Position numbers and translations under genes: made by a program. The notes under the pieces were generated by a model, which searched no databases, was not told the origin of the DNA, and saw nothing but the letters and a program-made list of their open reading frames with translations. A stretch of DNA of 64,000 bases from the NCBI GenBank assembly GCA_964484505.1, contig CAZAFB010000006.1, positions 14,337-78,336 on the forward strand, given 5' to 3'. The DNA is from an uncultured Bdellovibrionales bacterium. GTDB taxonomy: Bacteria > Patescibacteriota > Minisyncoccia > Moranbacterales > GWC2-37-73. Position 1 is the stretch's first letter, and each line of letters opens with the position of its first letter. Shown here in pieces: positions 38,868 through 48,482 of this stretch.

Positions 38868-41381
38868 CTAAAACTTCTCAGCTAGTTTGACTCGCTCCAT
38901 GATTTCCCGGTTTACAATACGCGCATCGCGACCATAGGTCAAGCGCGACAATTCCTTGAGATACACCGCCAGCTTTTCGTCTCCCGGTGTTGGCGGATAT
39001 GTCTTCATACTGAACGGCTTGGAAAGTTCATTGTTAAGTAGAACTCTGGCAAAACAATTATAATTATCCACATTGACGATATCTTGCGCGCTGAAAACCG
39101 GAGAAAATTGCTTTTCCAAAAATTCCGCATCTTCCGGACCAACCCGGAATGAACACATTGAGCCGACGTTTCCAAAAACCGCTTTGGAAATTTCCTCACT
39201 GAGTTGACCAATGAACTGATGCGCAATCGTGAGAGACAAGCGATATTTGCGCGCCTCGGAAAGAATTTGCGAAATGGAATCCGTGGTCACATTCTGGAAT
39301 TCGTCGATGTAAAGATAAAAATCTTTTCGCTCATCTTCAGACATATCCACCCTTGAAAGTGCCGCCATCAAAATTTTGCCTACGATCACTAAACCGAGCA
39401 AATGGCTGTTTATCTCACCAATTTTTCCTTTGGACAAATTTACAATCAGGATCTTACCTTCATCCATGATCTTACGAAAATCAAGCGTGCTCTTTTGCTG
39501 CGCGATAATCGGGCGCATCATGTCATTGGAAATGAAAGTGGTAAGCTTGGAGGTGATATATGGAACCATGTTGGCCAAAGCCGCTTCCCCCCCAGCTTTT
39601 TCCGCTTCTTTGATCCAAAAGTCGCGCACCACCGGATTTTGACATTTGGTCAGTTTCATGCGGCGGAAATCCTCGTCCGCCAATACCTTGGAAATTTCCA
39701 TCAGCGTCGAACCTGATTCTGGGTCTTCCATAATAAGAAGCATGGCGTTACGCACATACTGCTCAAACATCGGCCCACCGGTTGCCTTGAGATCATAAAG
39801 GCGGTCGAAGATGTTGATCATTTCATTAATCACGAAAGTTTTTTCTTCTGGCCGTGAATATTCCAACATGTTCAATCCAAAAGGACGCTCCATGTCTGAA
39901 GGATCAAAATAAATCACGTCTTCGGCGCGCTCTTTGGGCACTGCCGCTAAAACATCCGTGGCAAAATCACCATGCGGATCAATCACGCAAACACCCTTAC
40001 CATTTCGCACATCTTGCTTGGCCATTTCCTTGAGCAGCACAGACTTACCCACACCGGTCTGACCAATCACATACATGTGTCTTCTTCTATCGCCATCCGT
40101 AAGTTTAATGTCAGTCTTAGTACCTCGATAATCATTATGTCCCAGTAAGATACCTTGCTGTGGAATATTAAGTGGTGGCGGAGCGGCACCTGCCTTGAGC
40201 CATTTTATCTTAGGGGTTTCAGTGGTTGAAATAGGAAAATGATAGAGACTGGAAATTTCTTCTGCATTTAAAATCATTGCGTGCTCCTCGTCAAAAGTAC
40301 GGAATATATAATCAAAAGATATCTTTTTTTCCTTGATACGTTTGGCTACTTTGAAATGGTTGGATTGAGCATATTCGAACTGAGCAAACGCATTCTCCAG
40401 ATGGGCTAAAATCTCATCGGCACGATGTTGATTCGCCGCTGAAGCAAGCAACCTTATGTTGACTGAAAAACCGGCCTTGTTCGTCTTACCTTCAATCGCT
40501 TTCACCAATTCTTGCTCTTCGGGCGTAAGTTGGACAGTTTGCGGCGCAAGAGGCTGGTGTTGCTGTCCACCCGATGAGCTTGTCAGAACTTTGAAAGATT
40601 CCTTAGCAATTTCCTTGGTCAGAGAATTGGTGTGCGCATCTTTGAGGCGTTTTCCCTGCTGCATGCGATGCGCAATCATCCTGCCGGAATTGCGCCATTC
40701 CGTCCCTGCCGGACGCAAAATAAGTTGCACGGCAGCTCCCTCCTCCACGGTTTCCAGTTTACTCAAAGCGTTGGAGAGCTCATTGAGCGGATCAATATCC
40801 ATACGCTCGTACGTCTGAATCGGCAGAGCATATTTTTCCTTAAGTTCCAACATTGCCGCAGATGTATACCCTCCTGGGGTAAAGATCGTATAATCGGAAA
40901 CTTTTTCCACCACCGCATGAGGGAAATAGCTGTGCACTTGTTTTTCAACACTTTCACGAAATTTGCGCGGCACGATCAGATAAAAGGAAATTTCTTCACT
41001 ATTGGAAGGATTGGCGATTTCCAAAGCTACGTGCGGATTGTCATAGAGAAAATAGCTGAAAATCGATTTTTTTTCTTTAATATTCGCCAAAGTGGTTAGT
41101 AGTTGTTCCATCGCGCCGATTTCATCCTTCCATGCTTGCGCATTTTGGGTCTGCTGGGAATGATCGCGATTTATTTTTGTCACCTTGACCACTTCGATGT
41201 CCATGTTGAGCGAACGATTTATCTGCGCTCGATAATGGAAAAAACTTCTCAGCACCAAAAGCACACCACTGATTATGGTTATAAATATTGTAGCGCCAGT
41301 AACCGGAACAAGAAATAAATTTAAATCAAACGTTTCCATTTTTGTTTTTCTTAAAAAGCGACTCCAACTTACCAATAGCAC
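38868..41381 (-). CDS. VirB4/TraC-like type IV secretion-family ATPase (AAA_10) with N-terminal TM
   Basis: Walker A VIGQTGVGKS at about residue 450 of 837, followed by VCVIDPHGDF. Walker B LYIDEFQN. Motif RKYRLSLTIAHQ. Confidence 0.55.
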   Translation of the reverse strand: MLLVSWSRFLRKTKMETFDLNLFLVPVTGATIFITIISGVLLVLRSFFHYRAQINRSLNMDIEVVKVTKINRDHSQQTQNAQAWKDEIGAMEQLLTTLANIKEKKSIFSYFLYDNPHVALEIANPSNSEEISFYLIVPRKFRESVEKQVHSYFPHAVVEKVSDYTIFTPGGYTSAAMLELKEKYALPIQTYERMDIDPLNELSNALSKLETVEEGAAVQLILRPAGTEWRNSGRMIAHRMQQGKRLKDAHTNSLTKEIAKESFKVLTSSSGGQQHQPLAPQTVQLTPEEQELVKAIEGKTNKAGFSVNIRLLASAANQHRADEILAHLENAFAQFEYAQSNHFKVAKRIKEKKISFDYIFRTFDEEHAMILNAEEISSLYHFPISTTETPKIKWLKAGAAPPPLNIPQQGILLGHNDYRGTKTDIKLTDGDRRRHMYVIGQTGVGKSVLLKEMAKQDVRNGKGVCVIDPHGDFATDVLAAVPKERAEDVIYFDPSDMERPFGLNMLEYSRPEEKTFVINEMINIFDRLYDLKATGGPMFEQYVRNAMLLIMEDPESGSTLMEISKVLADEDFRRMKLTKCQNPVVRDFWIKEAEKAGGEAALANMVPYITSKLTTFISNDMMRPIIAQQKSTLDFRKIMDEGKILIVNLSKGKIGEINSHLLGLVIVGKILMAALSRVDMSEDERKDFYLYIDEFQNVTTDSISQILSEARKYRLSLTIAHQFIGQLSEEISKAVFGNVGSMCSFRVGPEDAEFLEKQFSPVFSAQDIVNVDNYNCFARVLLNNELSKPFSMKTYPPTPGDEKLAVYLKELSRLTYGRDARIVNREIMERVKLAEKF

Positions 41382-41436
41382 CCAAATGACCCGAATATAA
41401 AACGCCCGATAAGCGCACTAGCCCCTTTTTATTAAT

Positions 41437-41566
41437 CCAGGACTTATGCGTTTGAATTTTCAAAATTTCAGCAAATATTGTTTTTTGCGCACTGCCGGCC
41501 GACCCGAGAGGGAAAGGCAAGCAAAAAATATATATTTGCTTGAAATTTATGCAAACGCATAACTCC
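41437..41566. mobile_element. ~130-bp MITE-like element copy 1 with 11-bp terminal inverted repeats (TTATGCGTTTG...CAAACGCATAA)
   Basis: Over 90% identical to 42508-42637. GC-rich core gcgcactgccggccgacccgagagggaaaggcaagc. Confidence 0.5.
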
Positions 41567-41586
41567 CGTGATCATTGTTCGTTGTT

Positions 41587-42030
41587 TTAGATTTCTTTCA
41601 ACATGCCTTTTTTGACCAGGGCATCATGAAGCTCGTCCGCCATCATCTTGTCATGAAAAGCATCCAGCACATAATTGCTTTCCAAGTGTTTGGCCACATT
41701 TACCGCGTGTGTAATCCCTTTATTTATGGCTATATCCACCAAATGCTGCACTTGCGCCTCGGCGTCTGTTTTGTTCGCAACCTCGTCAGCATCTTGTTTT
41801 ACAGCGGCCACACCCAATGATTGCTGCTGAGTTTGAATTTTGGAAAGAATATTATTATAAGCACCGTCATGTTCAGCCGCCACAGTTTCTTGAGGCGCTT
41901 CTTTTTCCACTGCCACGGGCATTTGTTCAGTCTCATTGCCAGAACTTAAAACATTATCTTTTTTGAGATGCTTTTCCAAATTCAAATCATCTTCACTGAT
42001 CGGCTCTAGATTAGATTTAACTGGTTCCAT
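41587..42030 (-). CDS. hypothetical protein
   Basis: ORF only. Confidence 0.35.
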   Translation of the reverse strand: MEPVKSNLEPISEDDLNLEKHLKKDNVLSSGNETEQMPVAVEKEAPQETVAAEHDGAYNNILSKIQTQQQSLGVAAVKQDADEVANKTDAEAQVQHLVDIAINKGITHAVNVAKHLESNYVLDAFHDKMMADELHDALVKKGMLKEI

Positions 42031-42042
42031 AATATTTTCTAC

Positions 42043-42120
42043 GAATTACGAACAAATACGAATGTACGAAAAAATTCTAATATTGAACTTCGTACTTTCG
42101 CAAAATTCTTACTTCGTAGA
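42043..42120 (-). promoter_or_regulatory. TTCGTA hexamer array upstream of gene 41587-42030
   Basis: Plus strand tacgaattacgaacaaatacgaatgtacgaaaaa...cttcgtactttcg...cttcgtagag. Confidence 0.4.
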
Positions 42121-42154
42121 GATTAACGGTATTATTCGCGTATTAGTATAACAC

Positions 42155-42472
42155 TCATGCCTTAGCCTCCATCATTTCCTTCTTAAATTCATCGATTGTC
42201 TGTTGAATCATGTCTTCATAGTTGGGAATGCGCTGTTTGAAAAATTCCTGCGCTTCTTTCGGATCTATATTATCATTTTCCAGAAATTTTTCATACTCCG
42301 CGCGTCCTTCTTCGCCCAACTTCTCCATAGTTTCCACAAAAATACGTTTTAAGAGAACTTCGGTCATTTTGATGAGCAGCTCATTACGCTTGTCTTCCGG
42401 CAAAGTATCGATACCCATCTCCTTAACCAATTGATCCAAAGCTTGAGCTTGATCCGGCGTTATCTGATTCAT
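42155..42472 (-). CDS. hypothetical protein
   Basis: ORF only. Confidence 0.35.
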   Translation of the reverse strand: MNQITPDQAQALDQLVKEMGIDTLPEDKRNELLIKMTEVLLKRIFVETMEKLGEEGRAEYEKFLENDNIDPKEAQEFFKQRIPNYEDMIQQTIDEFKKEMMEAKA

Positions 42473-42507
42473 AAATTTGTTTTGACTATAAATTATTTTT
42501 TATAAAT

Positions 42508-42637
42508 TTAGGACTTACGCGTTTGAATTTTTTAAATTTCAGCAAATATTATTTTTTGCGCACTGCCGGCCGACCCGAGAGGGAAAGGCAAGCAAAAAAT
42601 ATATATTTGCTTGGAATTTAGGCAAACGTGTGACTCT
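42508..42637. mobile_element. ~130-bp MITE-like element copy 2
   Basis: See copy 1. Located upstream of gene 42155-42472. Confidence 0.5.
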
Positions 42638-42712
42638 TAATTTGTAAAAGATTCACCCACCTTGACTCGCAAGATGACTTATTCATCGATGCAAGGCGGG
42701 TAATTAGTTTAA

Positions 42713-45259
42713 TTATTTACCCCTCTCCGCTGCTATCTTGGAAAGGCGCGCTATATAGTGGCCCATTTTTTCGCTGCCGCCTCCCTGCGGCTTGATAGCC
42801 TCCTTACCCAAAAGATTCTCGAATTTGCCCAACAATTTAGTCATGCGCGTTTTCATACCATATTGATTGATAGTATCTTTATATGAAGCATCCTTGATGG
42901 CTTGCCATTTGCCAAAATCACCTTTAGCAAGTTCTTTTGCCGAGGATTTGGTAATGTCATGAAAGGTATTACTCTTGGCTCCAATTTGCTCCAAAAATCT
43001 GGCATGCATTTCACGATCCGCCGCCAACACTGCAACACGATCAGCATCAGGCCCATGCAAATCAATGACTTGCTTGGGACCGAAATTTTCATCATGCAAA
43101 AACGTACCCCCTGGCGGCGCCACATGTCTGGACGCAGCTTCTTCCACGGCTCTGCCGGCAGCAGCCAAATCGCTCTTTGCCACCTCCATTTCTCCCGCAT
43201 ATGGATTGGCAGCATTAACTTCGTTCTCAAAATAACTGTCGTTAATGGCTTCCAGATTAACTGATGATACGCCAGATTGCGCATGCTCCACGCCTCCCGC
43301 ATGCGCGTGATGCACAATGCCCTTGAAGTCCAATTTATCAATCCTATATAATCCTTTATCGTCAACTGAAATATCAAAATTAGCAGATTTGATATGATTT
43401 AATTTATCAAAATCAATCTTGTTTTCCTCAGCATATTTCAACACCATCTTGTGAGCTTCCGCACCTGGATTTTTTATACCCAATTCTTTTAACTTACCGA
43501 TCAACGACCCTTCGATACTTTTGCCACTTTCCGCCGCCACTTCCAAATGTGTTCCCGCAGCTTTTGCAGCTTCAATAGTCGGCCCACTAACGACCTGCTT
43601 GGCAATTTCTCCTTGATGGGCAAGTTCATTCAGGCCAGCGTTGGCAACTGTTGGTCCTTGAGTTGGCAAATGCTCTGCAAAAGGCGACGGTACCGATTGT
43701 GGTTTAATAAATGAATTCGTAAGCGGAGTTTCCAACTTCGACTCACCAGGACCGAATATTTTTCCAATAAGTTGTCCCTTGGGAATTGCCATCTTTTCGC
43801 CTAAACAATCTGCAGCTGCTGCAGTAGCAGAACATCCCAATATCATTCCGCTGACCATGGCTATGCATTTATTTATATTCGATCTTCTTGTGTGCCTTCT
43901 ATATTTTTCATCAATTTCATCAATCTTGTCGTTCAATTTATCTTGAAGTTTTTCAAAATCAACAGAATTATTTTCTTCCACAGCACCGAAGGCAAATTCG
44001 TTCTTTTCCTTGTAATTTTTCGCTTGATCAAACATATGCGCAATTTTATCTATATGCGCACCACCAACAGAGGCCATCATGAAGGCTCCCCAAATTCTTC
44101 TTGCAGCGATTAAGGCCGTAGCTCCTGTAGCAAATACCGTTCCGGCTATGCCCAACTTTACTTGCCAAGGAAGTTTATTATATTTCTCAGCAATCACTGC
44201 GGATCCGAGTTTGAAACTATCCCAAATATATTTTCCCTTACTTTTTCCTTCTTTCTCTGCAAGGTATGCCATTTTCGCTTCCGTGCGAGCATCATACAAA
44301 CTTAAAAACTCTTTACAATTTACTGTGGTATAAAGCTCCGCAATAGCATCTTTAAGCTCCAATCCATTTTTGCCGCTTTCTTCAAGTTTTTTAACCTCTG
44401 AATTTATATATTCTTTTAAAGAAGTCTTATACGCTGAACGAGCTTCTCCAACCTCCGGACTTTCTTTGTCGCTTCCTAGACTAAAGAACTTTTTTATAGG
44501 TCCCCAGCTTTGTCTGTTCCTAAATTCCAGATCGGCAAAGTCATTTCTGTTCTCTTCAACTTTCTCCAAAAGCGGATTCTTCTTTTTCTCTTCCTTATTA
44601 TCAGCCCCAACAATCTCAGCTTTTTCCTTATTTTTTTCAAATTCTTCGCGATCACGCTTGGTCTGTTCATCCACAGATACTTCTTCAGCATCTACGATGC
44701 CATTTTCCTCCTCCTTCTCCCTATCATCATATTTCTTATATTCCTTATTCCACTCACGCATTGCTGCCAAAATTGCGTCGTTGGATTTCTGCCTATATTC
44801 TTCAACTTGCTCTTTTTCCTCGACAGAAAGGCTATTTATAATTTCCCTCACTTTATCGTTACCAAGCCCCAAGGTTACATCAATGTCAATAAGCGGACCA
44901 CCAGCAGTAAAAGGGCGGGCATTTATTCCTTTAATTATCTCATCTGCAAGATTTGTAAATGGATTTTCCTTTTTCTCAGCTTTCTCTTCTTTAGCAGAAT
45001 CAACCAAACTAATCTCGGGTTCATCTTTTTGAGATAATTCAACTACAGCTTCGGGCGAATTTCCCAAACCGCTATTTCCACCAAAATTCTGCAACGATAA
45101 ACTATCTACCCCATCAACAGACGACGAAACAACCGCAGGTTCATCCGGTTTATTTTCAGAAGCCTTCAGCGCGGCCAATGCGGACTCTCTTCGCGCAGCC
45201 ATCTTTTTTTTAGTTTCCTCCCTTAAAGGAATTTCGCTTATATTGTCAGTCATTTTCAA
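42713..45259 (-). CDS. large hypothetical protein (848 aa) with acidic coiled-coil N-terminus and central TM segments
   Basis: ORF only. Confidence 0.4.
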   Translation of the reverse strand: MKMTDNISEIPLREETKKKMAARRESALAALKASENKPDEPAVVSSSVDGVDSLSLQNFGGNSGLGNSPEAVVELSQKDEPEISLVDSAKEEKAEKKENPFTNLADEIIKGINARPFTAGGPLIDIDVTLGLGNDKVREIINSLSVEEKEQVEEYRQKSNDAILAAMREWNKEYKKYDDREKEEENGIVDAEEVSVDEQTKRDREEFEKNKEKAEIVGADNKEEKKKNPLLEKVEENRNDFADLEFRNRQSWGPIKKFFSLGSDKESPEVGEARSAYKTSLKEYINSEVKKLEESGKNGLELKDAIAELYTTVNCKEFLSLYDARTEAKMAYLAEKEGKSKGKYIWDSFKLGSAVIAEKYNKLPWQVKLGIAGTVFATGATALIAARRIWGAFMMASVGGAHIDKIAHMFDQAKNYKEKNEFAFGAVEENNSVDFEKLQDKLNDKIDEIDEKYRRHTRRSNINKCIAMVSGMILGCSATAAAADCLGEKMAIPKGQLIGKIFGPGESKLETPLTNSFIKPQSVPSPFAEHLPTQGPTVANAGLNELAHQGEIAKQVVSGPTIEAAKAAGTHLEVAAESGKSIEGSLIGKLKELGIKNPGAEAHKMVLKYAEENKIDFDKLNHIKSANFDISVDDKGLYRIDKLDFKGIVHHAHAGGVEHAQSGVSSVNLEAINDSYFENEVNAANPYAGEMEVAKSDLAAAGRAVEEAASRHVAPPGGTFLHDENFGPKQVIDLHGPDADRVAVLAADREMHARFLEQIGAKSNTFHDITKSSAKELAKGDFGKWQAIKDASYKDTINQYGMKTRMTKLLGKFENLLGKEAIKPQGGGSEKMGHYIARLSKIAAERGK

Positions 45260-45287
45260 AATTTACATTTTTCATTTCAAAACATGC

Positions 45288-46577
45288 TCACTTAGCGCCA
45301 ACATTTTTTTCTGCTATAATCTTTTTCAATATTCTCTTAGTCCCTTTTTCAGCAAAAGCGTCGATTGAAACAGTTTGCTCACCCAAAGCAATCTCCTGCG
45401 CTTTATTTGCATAATATTCCCTAATCAGCATAAACGCCTCCGCCCTCATCAACCCGATAATCACTTGCTTTCGAGGAAATTCGAAAGGATATTTTTCCCT
45501 AAGTCCTTCATCATTTTCAAGATCCTCTCTGATTCCTTTGATATAATCCATAAGAAAATTCTCTTGTTCGGCACTCATTTCAAAAATATTTTCCAGGTCA
45601 TTTTCCTGATTTTTTGGCACTATATACGTTTCACCTTCTACGACGACCAATTTATCGAGATTTTTTTCATCATTAACGTTTTCAGCACTGGTAAAAACCT
45701 GATTGTAGTAATCTTCTTCTTCATTAGAAGATTTATCATCATGCTCTTGCTCCAAATATTTAATACAATATTCAAAAAGATCTCTGTAATCAAAAGCATA
45801 ATCAGACTTGCCCACTTCTCCTTTCTTATTAGTGTGTTCTCCTATAACTCCATATGCTTTTTCAAATTGTTCAACGGTCATCTCTTCAATTCCACTTATG
45901 GCCTTTTCTAAAACAAGTCTATTTCCTTCCAAAGCAACGTCTCCATTTGCAGCCGCCTTTTCAATATTGCTATTTTTGTATTCAGAAAATTTTTTATTCA
46001 CTATTCTTTGGATATTTTCCTTATCAGCTTCAGCAAGATCAACCTCGATTCCATCAATCGTGATTTTTTCGCATAAATTCTTCAATAAATTAACACCATA
46101 TTCACCTCCATATTGCTTGACTTCCTGAAGATAATTATCCGCCAAAATCTCTCTGCCGCTCTCGGGCCATTTATCATTTTCACCACTATCAGCAATAGCC
46201 TGGTCAATAGCGATCCTTATTTCCGCAAGAACCTTCCTTTCGGCAAGCTCAAATACTTCTTTCATGCCCATTCCTTCTTTGCCTCCATCAACTTCGACAC
46301 TGCTAGCATCTTCCAATTTTCCATCAACAATTTTACCTTTTTCAATAGATTCTCCAATCGCATCCAGAACTTTTCCTAATTTATTTTCCTCTTTTGGCAC
46401 ATCAAAATCAGCCCCAGCGGCACCCAAACTTTTTGACTTATCTATCTCATATTCTTCATCGGCGTTTTTTCTCATTCTGCTTTTGCCAGTATTTTTTTTA
46501 GTTTTTTCTTTTTTACCTCTCTTTCCTTCAACCGCCCATCTTCCCTCATTACTAAGTTGTGATTTTGCTTTTGCCAT
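45288..46577 (-). CDS. acidic hypothetical protein (429 aa)
   Basis: ORF only. Confidence 0.4.
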   Translation of the reverse strand: MAKAKSQLSNEGRWAVEGKRGKKEKTKKNTGKSRMRKNADEEYEIDKSKSLGAAGADFDVPKEENKLGKVLDAIGESIEKGKIVDGKLEDASSVEVDGGKEGMGMKEVFELAERKVLAEIRIAIDQAIADSGENDKWPESGREILADNYLQEVKQYGGEYGVNLLKNLCEKITIDGIEVDLAEADKENIQRIVNKKFSEYKNSNIEKAAANGDVALEGNRLVLEKAISGIEEMTVEQFEKAYGVIGEHTNKKGEVGKSDYAFDYRDLFEYCIKYLEQEHDDKSSNEEEDYYNQVFTSAENVNDEKNLDKLVVVEGETYIVPKNQENDLENIFEMSAEQENFLMDYIKGIREDLENDEGLREKYPFEFPRKQVIIGLMRAEAFMLIREYYANKAQEIALGEQTVSIDAFAEKGTKRILKKIIAEKNVGAK

Positions 46578-46604
46578 ATAAATTTATTATTCAAACACCA
46601 AATA

Positions 46605-46650
46605 AACCTACTTCGATTCAAAATTTCGTAGATTCATATCGCATTCGTAG
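46605..46650 (+). promoter_or_regulatory. TTCGTA hexamer array in the divergent promoter region
   Basis: tttcgtagattcatatcgcattcgtagtttcgtatcgg. A second array lies at 46793-46832 (attcgtatacttgtatatattcgtaatttgtag). Confidence 0.4.
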
Positions 46651-46843
46651 TTTCGTATCGGCTTGCAATAATTATACCATAAAAAAATTCCATCCGCACA
46701 AAATTTATCCTTGTGCATAACCCCGCCCTTGTGGAATATTGCACAAAAATATGGTAATATCAAAGTATAAAGAAATTACCTGGCATTACGATTTATATAT
46801 TCGTATACTTGTATATATTCGTAATTTGTAGGGAAAAACAAAA

Positions 46844-48460
46844 ATGGAAAACCTAAAAAAAATTGCGCCTTGGATCCTTGCCCTCCTGATCTTTGGTGCT
46901 GCGCTCTTTTTGAGAGCATATGACATCGACAATATCCCTGCCGGACTATATCCTGACGAAGCAGTCAACGGCATCGACGCCCTCAAAGCAAATGCCACCG
47001 AGGATTACAAACTTTTTTATGAAAACAATTACGGCCGTGAGGGATTATTCATAAACCTGCAAGCATTCACCATCAAGATTTTCGGTAACACCATCTTCGG
47101 ACTAAAATTCTGGTCGATTCTTTTCGGCGCTTTGACCGCTTTCGGCGTGTTTCTGCTTGCCAAAGAACTGTTCAAAAGCACCCGTGCCGGACTTATCGCT
47201 TCCTATTTCACTGCCTTCTCATATTGGGCGATCAATTTTTCCCGCATAGGCTTCCGCGCCAACATGGTTCCGTTAATTTTGACTTTCACTTTCTATTTTC
47301 TTTTTAGGGGTTTGCGTACCAAAAAATATAGCGATTTCATTTTCTCCGGTCTCATTTTCGGTCTGGGTGTGCATACCTACATCGCTTTCCGCGTTTCACC
47401 TTTGGTCATGGTAACGCTTTTAGCAGCATTGATCATATCATATGAAAATTTCTTGAAGACCTATTGGCGACACATCCTTGTCTTTACCATAGCAATGATG
47501 ATTACTGCGGCGCCTATGCTTTTAGACTTTTTCTATTTCCATCCGGAACACTATGCTTCCCGTACTGGCGGCATAAGCGTGCTTAATCCCGACGTAAACA
47601 AGGGAAACCTCTTGGGAACTTTGGTTAAAACTTTCGGACTTTCTCTAGCCAAATACAACTTCTGGGGAGACCAGAATTGGCGTCACAACTATCCACCCTA
47701 TCCAATTTTGAACCCACTGGTCGGCATCTCCTTCCTGATCGGACTTATTTATATTATCGTGAAGATTGTACGCCTATTCTGGCTCAGGTTTGTTGAAAAA
47801 ATCCGCGATGAAAAACTCGCCATCTACATTTTCTTGCTTGCCTGGCTAATCGTTTTGCTCATCCCGGAATTTCTAGCCTACGAAGGCAATCCGCACGCCC
47901 TGCGCGCCATCGGCACAATACCTGTTGTATTCATTATTGCCACTATCCCTGTGCTTTGGATTTTGGCCAGGACCAAGGAATACGGCATGGGCTTCAAATC
48001 TTTTGCTGTTGCAATTTTATTGGGATCCTTCATTTTTGTCGGCCTTTTTGATCCTATCAAATATTTTGTCTTTTTCGGCAATAATCCCAACCATTATGCA
48101 TCATTCGAATCAAAGTTCACTTACATGGCAAAGTATCTGATAGCTCTTCCGCCGGAAACGAAAAAATATGTCATTGCCAACGCGGGAGGTAAGGAAATGA
48201 ATGATGAATTACCAGTAACAGCAGAACCGATCAAATATCTTACTGCAGGAAAAGTTCAAAACATCTCTTTTTTGGTGAAAGGAATCGATTCCAGCTGCAA
48301 TTTCCTACCTGAACTAAAAAATCCTTCAGAAGTGATCCTGATGAAATATGACCAAGCAATTGTAAACCAACTGAAATTAAACTATCCGAATTCCTCTGTT
48401 GAAAGAATAGACTATGCGCCCGGCAAGCAATCCGATTTCATCGTAATCCATATTAAGTAA
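46844..48460 (+). CDS. GT-C fold glycosyltransferase, family 39/83-like (ArnT/PMT type)
   Basis: N-terminal TM helix, then YDIDNIPAGLYPDEA (the DE motif of GT-C enzymes), then 10-12 TM helices. Confidence 0.7.
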   Translation: MENLKKIAPWILALLIFGAALFLRAYDIDNIPAGLYPDEAVNGIDALKANATEDYKLFYENNYGREGLFINLQAFTIKIFGNTIFGLKFWSILFGALTAFGVFLLAKELFKSTRAGLIASYFTAFSYWAINFSRIGFRANMVPLILTFTFYFLFRGLRTKKYSDFIFSGLIFGLGVHTYIAFRVSPLVMVTLLAALIISYENFLKTYWRHILVFTIAMMITAAPMLLDFFYFHPEHYASRTGGISVLNPDVNKGNLLGTLVKTFGLSLAKYNFWGDQNWRHNYPPYPILNPLVGISFLIGLIYIIVKIVRLFWLRFVEKIRDEKLAIYIFLLAWLIVLLIPEFLAYEGNPHALRAIGTIPVVFIIATIPVLWILARTKEYGMGFKSFAVAILLGSFIFVGLFDPIKYFVFFGNNPNHYASFESKFTYMAKYLIALPPETKKYVIANAGGKEMNDELPVTAEPIKYLTAGKVQNISFLVKGIDSSCNFLPELKNPSEVILMKYDQAIVNQLKLNYPNSSVERIDYAPGKQSDFIVIHIK

Positions 48461-48482
48461 TAAAATAATTAACAATAAAAAA

